The notes beneath the pieces were generated by a model. That model made no database searches. It was given only the letters and a program-made list of their open reading frames with translations, and was not told the origin of the DNA. The translations under genes were made by a program, and so were the position numbers. From Octopus vulgaris (taxonomy: Eukaryota), in contig OX597824.1 of the NCBI GenBank assembly GCA_951406725.2, positions 83,824,001 through 83,888,000 on the forward strand: DNA of 64,000 bases. The letters are read 5' to 3'. Of this stretch, positions 52,157 to 64,000 are shown one piece after another (position 1 is the stretch's first letter; every line of letters starts with the position of its first letter).

Positions 52157-53026
52157 TAAATGGGTTGGATGGTCTGAATGAGAAATGGTAAGCTGGGGAG
52201 CATGCACCAAGTTCCAATCTGATTTGGCATGGTTTCTACAGCTGGGTGCCCTTCCTAACACCAATGTTCAAAAATTACTTACTTGTACATGCAATGGTAT
52301 TTACCTGGGGTGGATTGAGCTAGCTCTGACCAACGTGTTCACCACATCCCTCATGAATGCTGACTACATCCCATAGTCAAGGCTGTTATAGTAGGTGAAG
52401 TAGTGCTTCTGCCTGCAGCCCAAACATCCAGCTTGTAAGTTTGACAAATTCCTCACTTGGAGAGCAAGTGTGTCAAATAGCACAGATGCTGTATTCATTG
52501 TCATTATCACGGTTGAGGTGTAGAAATTATGTTCTGTGGTCCCTGGTCATAGACATACACACTTTGGGATAGTGTGATCCATAGCAGCTATCTTACCATT
52601 GATTGTTGACTGTCGCAGAAGATTCGTTGACTAAGTCATTGCTGATTATCAGAGCCAGCATAGGCTGGGTCTGTTTCAGAAGTTGCTAGAAACACTAACT
52701 AAATCTTCCTCAAATCACAGCCTATGGGCTTTAAAAATTAAAAGAAAAGGAAGTAAATGTAACATTTTGGTTAATATAGACCTTGATACATTATGTCTGA
52801 AAGAAAATAGACAGAGCTGGCACAGTTGGAATGTCCTTGATCATAGTGCTACTGGGTCAGTAATGACTAAATGCCTGAACTGCAATGACATAAGCAATAA
52901 CAAACACTATAAGACATGTGCCAACGATAAAGCCTCTACATGGTCATTCAATCTGCTAGAAATAACAGTAAAATTCTTTTGCATATCACATCTTATTCTC
53001 TTAAAAGAGCAAAAGGTCTATTAAAT

Positions 53027-53283
53027 CAGTGGTTCTCAAAGAGGGTCCCTATGACCTTTAAAGGTCCATATAAGATTTTGTTGGTAAAATTTATGCGCAA
53101 TAAATTGCTCATACTTCTACACTACATAAAATATTTTAACAATTTTTTAGATATTGTTTCTGATGATATTTAATTATAAAAATATAATTGCAGTTTTTAG
53201 ACATCAAATGGCTATGAGATCCCACTCCTGAGTAAAATAGGAATCAAAGGGATCCATAGGCAAAATATGGTTGAGAACCACTA
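53027..53283. mobile_element. hAT MITE
   Basis: TIRs cagtggttctcaa / ttgagaaccacta; 8-bp TSD tatta(a/g)at. Confidence 0.8.
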
Positions 53284-54441
53284 TATTAGATAATCTAGTT
53301 ACTTTTCCATCACCACCATCATCATCATCATAATCATCATCTTCATCATCACCATCGTCTTTTCATGCTTGCATGGGTCAAAAGAATTTATTGAGTCTGA
53401 TTTTCTATGACTGCCATTGATTCTCACCTGTTTCCAACCAAGGTGTGTGTTGTGTGTGTAGTTTCCATCTACCAAGTCCTCTCTCGAAGCTTTGGTCAGC
53501 CCAGGGCTCTAGTAGAAAACACTTGGCCAAGGTGTCGTGCAGTGGAACTGAACCCAAGGACACGTGCTTGGGAAGTATTCTTCTTAACCATACAACCATG
53601 CCAATGGAGGCATGTGGTGGCTAAGTGGTTAGGGTGTTAGACTCATGATCGTAAGATTGTGGTTTCAATTCCTGGATCAAGCGAGGCATTGTGTTCTTGA
53701 GCAACACCCTTTATTTCACATTGCTCCAGTTCATTCAGCTGGCAAAAATGAGTAATCCCATAATGGACAGGCATCCCATCCACATGGGTAATATATATCT
53801 GCAAGGGAAACCAGGAAACTGCCCCTTATGAGTCAATATGACTGAAGAAGGTAATTTTTACTTTTTCACTTTTACACAACCATGCCTACTCCTGTACACT
53901 ATGTCTGAAGAAAACATGTTGGGATAATATAGTCATGGGTGGAATGTCTTAATTGCTTGATTAAGGCATTTTTTTTTTTAGTCCATTCAGCCAATTTTAG
54001 TCCCTTATCTCTGCACATTGCGGCCAAAATGTCTGTACTATTTGTAGGCTTGACTGCCCATGCTGGCCAATTGCTGGTTGGACAGGGTACTCTCATGCTT
54101 CATGGAGGTTAGCCCTACCTATTAGTATTTGGGTGGAATTTGAACTCAGTATACAAAGAGCTGAAACGGGCACCACAAGAATTCCAATCTGTCTTTCTTT
54201 TAAAGATTATAGGGTGTGGTTTTTAGGAAGATTTGGTTGCTGCTTCTTGGCTTATCTCATCCCAGTAAGCTGTGTGTGTGTGTGTTAATCGCTTAGTCAG
54301 GAGGAAAGGCTTTAGGAAGAGCATTATAATATAGAAATCATGCCAAAGATGACATGGGAGCTTAACTCATCCCTGTAGCTCACCAGATCTCATGGTGTCC
54401 AACCCATTCCAGCATGGAAAAATGGATGTTGAATCATGATG

Positions 54442-54479
<38 letters not shown>

Positions 54480-55777
54480 AGTCAGTACCCTTGACCCTTT
54501 ATGTGGCTTCTCAGATTAGGGAGAGGGAAGATTGAAGGTGACTTGATGCCCAGATTTGAATGCTTGCAAGTGAGTGAACTCTATTAATGGCAATGAAAGG
54601 GCCAAGCGACAGTGTTAAAACAGGCAATGGATTAAGTCTACCAACCAAAAAGGCCATGGTGAGATTGAACTCAGAAAGCAAAGAGTCAGAACAAATACCA
54701 AATGGCATCCAATCCAATGATCCAATAATTTTACCAATACACCACCCTGTGATGGTACTTTTTTTTCTTTTTGTATAAAAGGCAAAGTTGATCTTGGTGA
54801 GATTTGAACTCAGAGCTTCGAGATTCAAAGCAAAAACTGTAAGTCACTCTTCCCAATGCTGCAATGACTTTGCCAATAAAAGCATCAACAACAGCAATAG
54901 TTCCAAATAAACGTGTTTATTTATTGATTGCTTGGTATATATGACAGACCGTGTTGTTTGTATTTATTACCCACAATCCCACAGACGTTTACTGTGTTAA
55001 TATATTCAAATGAACATTAGTATTAAAGCCATTACTGTTAGCATTTTTGTTTCTTTTTTTTTTTTTCCTGATTGAATTAATTGTAGCTTTGTTTGTTCTG
55101 TCTCGATTTCTATAAAACTTATTGAAAGATGGATACTTTTAATTACATATATAAATGTGTGCCCACTCATGTGTCGCTCAGCAACAGTTGTTATTGTCAT
55201 CGTCATTCATTGCTGTTTCAAGTCAAATTTAATAACACTGGAATTCCATTAATTGGAGGTAGCTTTCAATTGTTCGTTTGTTCAACAAACTTTGGTTATG
55301 GTATAAGCTGAGCCACTTTTACATGCTTGCTTGGCATTCAGAACAAATCATATTCATGCATTACAGTTTATGCTTAACCACTTCCACAAGCGCATCATTC
55401 GAATAGCTCTCAGGTTCTATTTTGACTCCTCATCACCATCACGACAGCCAAAGAAGCAATGGAAAGATCATTTTGCTGCTGTACCAGCAAACATACTTCC
55501 TTTTGCTTCATGTGTACATTTTGAGATTGGGCCACTGCATTTGCATTATTTAGCTTTCAACCAAATTAATCAGTCTCCATTAGTGCTGATCAGTTGTTCT
55601 TGCAATCTATTGTTTTCTGATTTGAGTTCTCAATACAAGAGTGTCTTCAGTAGCATGCGCCCATTTTCTGTTATACATATTGGGAGTCTTGACTTGCCAT
55701 CCCTTCATCTTTTTTAGTTCTGCTTTCTTCTTTATCCATAATATTGTTTGCATAGGTACTACAGTATAATGTCATCG

Positions 55778-55827
<50 letters not shown>

Positions 55828-56561
55828 TCACTGAGCTTGCTTGAATTTACTCATTTCAATCACATCATCCATTAAGATCCTGCATAGTGTAAAGAAAGTC
55901 AACAGAGTAATATCCTGTTTCCATGCAGAGCTGGTCAATCATGGTTTTTGCTGGACAGCTGTCAGGGTATCTATCACTAATGTCTTCTTGCTTAGCTCTC
56001 CACCAATATCATACAAATGAATGCATCTCTCCCTCCCCCTCCCCTCCTCTACCCCTCTTCTCTCTCTCTTTCCCCAATGACATCAATTGTTGCCATACAG
56101 TCTTTGTTTGGCCAAGTGTTTTTTTTTCCATGCGATATTCAGACAACCCATATCTTACAAGGGTTTAAGTACCATCACACTTGCCTCTAGGTATTGGCTG
56201 AACAATATTACATTAATGACTAATTACAACCAGAAATAATGTATTGTTCGTTAGGATAAAAATTGTCTCTCTTGTTTATTGTGATCTGGATACAGCTACA
56301 GTTACAATGGGGAAAAAAATGCCATTTTCTCAATGTAAAAAACAGCCACTTGCAAAAACAGAAGAGGATTTTGTATAATTAATTATACAAAATAGTAAAT
56401 GAAACGAAAGATTTAATTATAAATTCCTCCAGGAAAAATAATTGCTGATGAGTAAGATGGTTAGATAATATCCATTGTTTCAGCTGGTCATGCTTGGAAA
56501 TGCAGCAGGAAAGTGTAATGACAGCTGCTTTTGATGGTCCTGTGGAAGAGGTTCCTGAGTA

Positions 56562-56925
56562 TCTCTCTATATATAAATGGCAAAATGTCTGTGTGCGTGT
56601 CCTTTATACAAATCCACAATTTTTCAGTTACAGGGCTCGCACTTTCTATGGTCATTCAAAACCGTCCAAGAGTGGTCGTGCACATCTTTACATTTCCCCA
56701 GTCACCCCGCAAAGCCATTAAAAAATCAATAGAAGTGACTTTTTTGTGAATTTTCTATCCAAAACCCAATCAAAATGCCCGAAACTTGATACACCAATTG
56801 AATGCCAGCTAGCTGTATGTGATTGGTCAGAGATTTGGACAGTATTCGCGTGTATGTGCGCGCGCATGCAGCTGTATATGCATGCACTAGCACTATGGCC
56901 CGGCGTTGCCGGGTCATAGTGCTAG
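56562..56925 (+). mobile_element. Non-autonomous Helitron-like element
   Basis: a|TCtctctatatataaatggca 5' end similar to 6366; 3' hairpin and CTAG|t. Confidence 0.72.
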
Positions 56926-57568
56926 TTTCAAATAAACTCTTGTGAGTGGATTTCATAAACAGAAACCAAAAGAAGCCCATCGTGTGTGTGTGCACATGTA
57001 TGCATGTTTGTCTTTGCCACCACTTGGCAACCAGTCTTGGTTTGTTTACGTCTCTGTAACTTAGCTGTTCAGCTAAAGAGACCAATAAAATAAGTGCCAG
57101 ACTTAAAAGAAAGTACTGGGGGTCAACTTTTTCAATTGAAATGTCTTCAAGGCAGTGCCCCAGCATGGCCACAGTCTAATGACTGAAACAAGTAAGAGAT
57201 AAAAGATAGACATGTTTGAAAAAGTAAGGCACTGGTGTGGCTGTGTGGTAAGAAACTTGCTTCCCAACCACATGGTTCTAGGTTCAGTACCACTGTGTGG
57301 CACATTGGGCAACTATGTTCTTCTATAGCATTGGGCCGACCAAATCCTTGTGAGTGGATTTGGAAGACGGAAACTGAAAGAAGCCTGTCTTATACTCAGA
57401 AAGCAAAGTGTCAGGACAAATACCAGAAGACATCCAATCCAATGATCAAATAATTTTACCAACACACCACCCTGTGTTGGTACCTTTTTCTTTCTTTTTT
57501 TTTGATAAATGGCAAAATTTCTCTCTCTCTCCTGCCCTCTCTCTCTCCCTCCCACTTTCTCTCTTTTT

Positions 57569-57590
57569 TATCTATCTACCTATCTATCTG

Positions 57591-57632
<42 letters not shown>

Positions 57633-57707
57633 GTTCTATCTATCTTTCTATCTATCTACCTACCTATCTATCTACTTATCAATCTATCTACCTATCTATC
57701 TACCTAC

Positions 57708-57778
<71 letters not shown>

Positions 57779-57779
57779 C

Positions 57780-57827
<48 letters not shown>

Positions 57828-57832
57828 ATATC
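57569..57832. repeat. (TCTA)n tetranucleotide microsatellite
   Basis: Direct reading. Confidence 0.97.
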
Positions 57833-58324
57833 TATCTCTCCCTTCTTCTGGTGGAATGGGTGGTTGGGCACAGTAGAGATATATTGCCTAACTGGACATT
57901 GACCCTGTAATAGTGTAAATCTGTTTTGGCCCTGGAGGCAAACACACGCACATACACACAGATATATACATATATATACACACACATGAGTATGTGTATG
58001 TATTAGAACAATGGCTTTACAGCTGGACAATATTGCCTTCTTACTATTCAGCACTCACAACTGAAGACATTCAGGCTGGATTTGAAGTCTACAAAATTAC
58101 AAATCTGAAGGCACATTAATATATATTACTAATAGATATGCACAGTATGAATTTTTTAAAAATCAGCATTGCAAGCCATATTTATACTTAAAATACATGC
58201 ATACATAAATATGCATAACATACACACACATGCATATGTGTATGTACATGTGTGTGTGTGTGTGTACATGTGTGTGTGTGTGATGTGTGTACATATACAC
58301 ATGTATGTATGTATATATATACAC

Positions 58325-58355
<31 letters not shown>

Positions 58356-58483
58356 CATACATATATGTATATATGTGTGCGAGTGTATATATATATGCAT
58401 ATATTTATATATGTATGTAAGTATATATATGTGTATATATATATGTATGTGTGTGTGTATATATATGTATATATATGTGTGTA

Positions 58484-58528
<45 letters not shown>

Positions 58529-58563
58529 GTATATACATTCATATACACACATATATATATATA

Positions 58564-58607
<44 letters not shown>

Positions 58608-58969
58608 CACACACGCGTATATATATACTTAGCAACAAAAGATATTTACTATATCTGACATTCTTGCTGGAAGCAGTATTCATGTAAAGTAATTACTTTG
58701 TGGATATCAGGGAAGATATTTCAGAATTACTCTGTCCATACACACATACATATATGCACGCACACACACACTCACTCACTCACACACACATATACGCATG
58801 CGCATACATACAAATACACACGCAAGCATGCACACATATTCATATTTATAATTGAATGTTTAGACTAAAGGTGTTGAGTTTCAATAATCAATGATACTTT
58901 CGCACACATGGAGTGACAGACAGGAAGAAGACATTGATAACCAGAGACTATATCCAGTAAATATGTACA

Positions 58970-59008
<39 letters not shown>

Positions 59009-59234
59009 GCACATACAAATACATTTACATGAACATAATTCATAAATGCATGCATACATACATATGTACATACATGCATACATACATAGAGGGTCATCAT
59101 AAATCCTTGAGCAATTAAAAAATTTTATAACTCAAATTCTATTTATGATAGAATTATTCTATAAAAATCATTTGGAAGCCTTAGAAGCTTCATGCATCCA
59201 TTTTATTGTCTGCTACAAAATAATAATGATGATG

Positions 59235-59285
<51 letters not shown>

Positions 59286-59298
59286 GTAATAATAATCC

Positions 59299-59655
59299 AG
59301 CATCGTTTGCTTCCTTTCTGGATCATAGATATAGCATGCCCAGCTGACAACAAGGTATGCGATAAGGAAGAAAGAAAAGTCGATTGATATGACAGGTTAG
59401 CTTGGGAGGTTAAGCAGTTGTGCTCAATGAAAAAGGTAGCAGTAGTACAAATAATTGTCGGAGCCCTGGGAACAGTGAGTAAAAATATTGAGAAGCACAT
59501 GGAACAAATAGGGGTTACAATAAGGGTGGAGCACTTGCAGAAAACAGCATTGCTTGGAACAGCTCGAATACTCCGGATGGTACTTGAAAAATAAGGAGTG
59601 TGAACAGCTGACACCATAGTACAGTTCCAGCGTTAGAAGCTGTGCAAAGACAATA
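59299..59655 (+). mobile_element. R4/Dong-like LINE 3' fragment
   Basis: IIDIACPADNKVCDKEERKVD*YDRLAWEVKQL..IIVGALGTVSK..LQKTALLGTARILRMVLEK*; flanked by (TAA)n; a second short tail (AHILRKVLSV*) at about 59677-59775. Confidence 0.87.
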
Positions 59656-60037
59656 AATAATAATAATAATAATAATCGCACATCTTAAGGAAAGTATTAT
59701 CTGTCTGAGGTCCTTGTTGTGACTTGACAGATTACTAAAGACTGGTGCATTTTTACCTACCCTGTGTTACAAAAGAATAATAATAATAATAATGATTTCA
59801 AATGTTTGGTACAAGGCCAACAACTTGGTGGGGTTTCAATTATATTGACCCCAGTATTCAATTGGTACTTATTTTGTCGACTTTGAAGGATGAAAGGCTA
59901 AATCTTGGGAGGTTAAGCAGTTGTGCTTGGTGAAATTTGAACTCAGAATATAAAAACGGATGAAATGCCTCTAAGCATTTTGTCTAGTGTGCTACTGATT
60001 CTGCTATCTCACCACTTTAACAATAATGATAATGATG

Positions 60038-60087
<50 letters not shown>

Positions 60088-61176
60088 AATAACAATAATA
60101 ATAATAATAATTATGCCTTGATGCAGTACTAGGCAGTGGCTCTCATGGCTTCTGATCTTAACTGATAGAAAGTGTTATCATGTACATTGTTTTGTCTTGG
60201 TATAAAAGACGGGCTACTGCAAATATTCTGCTCAATATCACAGATATGTTTGTCAGTTGTTTGGCCTTAATCAGTTGAGCATGTCCATTAGTAGCTGATG
60301 ATATGCGTAATTTAGCTGTTCAGTAAAAGAGACCAATAGAATAAGTATTAGACTTACAAAAAAATAAATCCTGGGGTCGATTTTTTCGATTAAACCCAGT
60401 TAAGGCGGTGCTCCAGCACGGCCACAGTCAACTGACTGAAACAAGTAAAAAAAATAAAAAGAAAAGAATTAATCTATATAAAAAAAAATCATCTAGAAGC
60501 TTGATTCATTCATTTTATTGTCCTATGTCAAAAAAAAAAAGAAGAAATAATAATAAAATTAAAAATTATAATTGCTTATTAATTTGAAAAAAAAAAAGAG
60601 AATAATAGCTACAGAATCATTTTATGGTGAGATGTAAAGTCTTTTGTTAATTCGACTAAATTTCATTCCATATGGCTTGTGGGCCAAGATATAACTAACG
60701 TGACTTAGGGTATAACGAGAAAGAAAACAGCTGCAAAATGTAATTCTAGAACTTCAGAATGCTTTGTGTGTGCCATAATGGCAGTAGCCGTGTTGCGAAT
60801 TAGCATTCTCATGAACAAATCTATTTAAGAATATAATATATTCTTTCACTTATCTTTCTTGTGGATAAATTTTTATATCCCATAAAGCACTAAAATTATG
60901 CGGATTTTAAAATCGCTTAAAGATTTTATGGTAACAATGTGTGTATTTGCATATGTATGTGTGCGTATATGCATGCATTTTGTAGTTTTACGTGTCTATG
61001 TGTACATGCATGCATGTGTGTGTGTGTGTCTGCTTTGTTTCATTTTAATGACTACTTGCGCAAGGTTAGCTGAATCAAATGAAGCTAGTTTTTACAGCCG
61101 GATACTCTTCCTGTTGCCAAACCTCATCTGTTTCTGTGTGAGTGTTTGCATGTATGTGTGTATATGTCTGTATATG

Positions 61177-61236
<60 letters not shown>

Positions 61237-61308
61237 AAATGTGACCGCGTGTGTATCGTTGGCGACTTCTTTTCCTCCGTCTTCCCTTCCTTGGATCTTT
61301 CCTTTTCC

Positions 61309-61350
61309 TATGTTCCTGATGAAGAGCACCGCTCGAAACATTAAATCCTC
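61309..61350 (+). ncRNA. Minimal type I hammerhead ribozyme motif (PLE-like repeat 61232-61449)
   Basis: AUGUUC-CUGAUGA-A-GAGC(ACC)GCUC-GAAA-CAUU; repeat flanked by (TA)n on both sides. Confidence 0.62.
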
Positions 61351-61451
61351 CTTCTTTTTTTCCTTTCCCGAGCATCCAATAACACTATACTTGTTCTACG
61401 TCCTCGCGTTGTTGTGTTTTCTCTTTGTGTTTTCATGTTTGGATTAACTTT

Positions 61452-61499
<48 letters not shown>

Positions 61500-61524
61500 T
61501 ATATATATATGTATGTATATATTT

Positions 61525-61609
<85 letters not shown>

Positions 61610-62406
61610 TATACACATGCACACTTTTTTATTAAAGCTGCAAAAACACCACAAAAAACTGTTACTCAGAGTTTCACAGGCTGCTTTTGAAGCTTTGATT
61701 AAAAAGCATATTACTCTCCCTTCAGTATTCAAGTACTATTTTTTCCACCTTGTTTTCTACTTATGTACTTACTCATGTATACACACACACACCCTAAGCA
61801 TCATGGGACTCAAAATAACAATTGGGACTGACCTCACCATGCATAGATATATATGGAAAGTCCATCTTTGAAATTCCCTGCATTAAGATCTGAAATGTAA
61901 GATCTTCTCTACCCCGATGATAGAGCCTCATCTCATCCAATGTTAATTGCTTCCATAATTACTTTCATTGTGATGAACTAAATCTACCAACATTATTATG
62001 GATCACTGAGCCCCCAGAAACAGCTGTTAGACTTATAACATCTTCCTTCCACCCCTTTACTTTTCTCTGTCATTTGTACTCTGTGTAAGTTGGACCTATT
62101 AATATAAATATCTATATATTTGTACTTAAATATTCATCATCTGAATGTTTCCACCTTTTGCTTTCTCTTTTTTTGAATGTATACACATATACATATTCTG
62201 TATTTGATGTATTTAGTATATTGATGTGTCTAATTTGTCTATCTGCATAATTACCTCTATACCCACTCAACTTGATCCCTTTTAAAGCTTTTCTCTACCT
62301 TGTGGAATGATCCCCTGTAAAGATATTGGATTTTATGTATGAATCTTTTGAGCACTACTAAGTGCCTTCTATACAGAGAATATCCGGATCTCATCTGTGA
62401 ACTATA

Positions 62407-62469
<63 letters not shown>

Positions 62470-62509
62470 AGAAACACACAAAAGCCGTTCGATTCACTAT
62501 TTAGTTTAA

Positions 62510-62559
62510 TTTGTCAAAATATTTTCGTCGCTAAAATCCGCGACCTGTTCACTGACAAA
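62510..62559 (-). ncRNA. Hammerhead ribozyme variant with swapped G3-C8 core pair
   Basis: UUUGUCA-GUGAACA-G-GUCGC(GGAUUUUA)GCGAC-GAA-AAUAUU-U-UGACAAA; 7-bp stem I, 5-bp stem II, palindromic stem III. Confidence 0.65.
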
Positions 62560-62567
62560 GTCCGTGC

Positions 62568-62612
<45 letters not shown>

Positions 62613-62853
62613 GATTGCATATACATGCATGACTGTGTTAATAATGTTTCTTCTAAACCACAAGGTTCTGGGTTCAGTCCCACTGCATGGCACCCTGGGA
62701 AAGAGTCTTCTACTATAGCCTCAGGCCAATCAGAACCTTATGGGTGGTTTTGGTTGATGGAAACTGAAAGAGGCCCGTAGTGTGTGTGTGTGTGTGCATA
62801 TCTGTGTCATTGTGTGCTTCTTTATTAGATCAGTAGACACACACACACACATA

Positions 62854-63070
62854 CAAGGGGATGTTGAAAACTTCTTGGCCTTAAGTGCATTGTGAAAGGC
62901 CTGATTGGAAACTGAACCATCCTAGTCCTTTTGCAGTGGTTAGAAAAACTGAAGGGCTGCTGCACAAAATGTGTGAATCTGAGAGGGGAATCAGATCAAT
63001 AAAATCATAATTAACTGATCCTTCTGTTTTTCCCTTTACCCAAAGCCAGGAACTTTTCAGCAGCACCTCA
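62854..63070. mobile_element. Mariner-type MITE
   Basis: ta|caaggggatgttgaaaacttcttggc ... gccaggaacttttcagcagcacctca|ta. Confidence 0.72.
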
Positions 63071-63098
63071 TATATATATATATATAATTATATATATA

Positions 63099-63505
63099 GG
63101 CGTTGGAGTGGCTGTGTGGTAAGTAGCTTGCTTACCTACCACATGGTTCCGGGTTCAGTCCCCCTACATGGCATCTTGGGCGAGTGTCTTCTACTATAGC
63201 CTTGGGCCGACCAAAGCCTTGTGAGTGGATTTGGTAGACGGAAACTGAAAGAAGCCCATCGTATATATGTATATGTATATGTGTATATGTTAGTGTGTAT
63301 ATGTTAGTGTGTGTGTGTTTGTCCCCCCAACATCGCTTGACAACAAATGCTGGTGTGTTTACGTCCCTGTAACTCAGCGGTTCGGCAAAAGAGACTGATA
63401 GAATAAGTACTAGGCTTACAAAGAATAAGTCCTGGAGTCGATTTGCTCGACTAAAGGTGGTGCTCCAGCATGGCCACAGTCAAATAACTGAAACAAGTAA
63501 AAGAG
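63099..63505 (+). mobile_element. CORE-type tRNA SINE, full length, followed by an inverted partial copy (63507-63680)
   Basis: ggcgttggagtggctgtgtggtaagtagc..aactgaaacaagtaaaagag; the downstream copy is the reverse complement of its 5' 170 bp. Confidence 0.85.
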
Positions 63506-64000
63506 TATATATATGATGGGATTCTTTTCAGTTTCTGCCTACCAAATCCACTCACAAAGCTTTGGTCAGCCCAATGATATAGTAGAAGACACTTGCCTAA
63601 GGTGTCATGCAGTGGTACTGAACCCAGAGCCATGTGGTTGGTAAGCAAGCTACTTATCACACAGCCACTCCTACGCCTATATAAGGTAGTCCAGGGGTAG
63701 GAAAGTCAGATAGAAGAACAATCAGAATCAAAGAGTTACAGCAGTAGGAAGACGGACAGACAACAACTGGCATAAGAAATGTATTTATCTGAAAAATTGC
63801 ATATTCAATTTACATTATGTAATTAGTTCATCTCTTTAAAATCATTATGAATGGTTGAAAGACTGGTTGATATAACAATGCATATAATACAAGCAGGTGA
63901 AATACTTAGACAACATTGTCAGTATACATAAAAGCAAAGCAATGTATCCACTAGCGTGGATTTTGATAGCTCTATGCAATGGAGAAACTACATTCGCTTA

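Noticed and set aside
56369-56392. 24-bp perfect palindrome ttttgtataattaattatacaaaa
   Set aside because: Short and AT-rich; no associated structure
51670-64000. Next dynein exon (expected motif similar to FYITTKLRNPHY)
   Set aside because: No matching frame found by eye; candidate acceptors near 56483, 58075 and 63896 hit stops or lack similarity

Overview
Eukaryotic, AT-rich, microsatellite- and transposon-dense genomic DNA; the repeat families point to a cephalopod, most likely Octopus (inference). The window holds 12 internal + strand exons (2392 bp, about 797 codons, all GT-AG with consistent phases) of an axonemal inner-arm dynein heavy chain, best matching DNAH12. They cover the end of AAA3, AAA4, the stalk/microtubule-binding domain and the start of AAA5. 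The gene start and end lie outside the window. The introns contain RTE and R4/Dong LINE fragments, three tRNA-derived SINE types, two decayed mariners, piggyBac/hAT/Tc1 MITEs, non-autonomous Helitrons and many tandem repeats. The most interesting signal is six minimal hammerhead-ribozyme-like motifs in Penelope-like terminal-repeat remnants. One has a compensatory G3-C8 core swap and one has an A6U core. Most long ORFs in the supplied track are microsatellite artefacts. No confidently new protein-coding system is visible. Repeat boundaries without a stated TSD or TIR are approximate.
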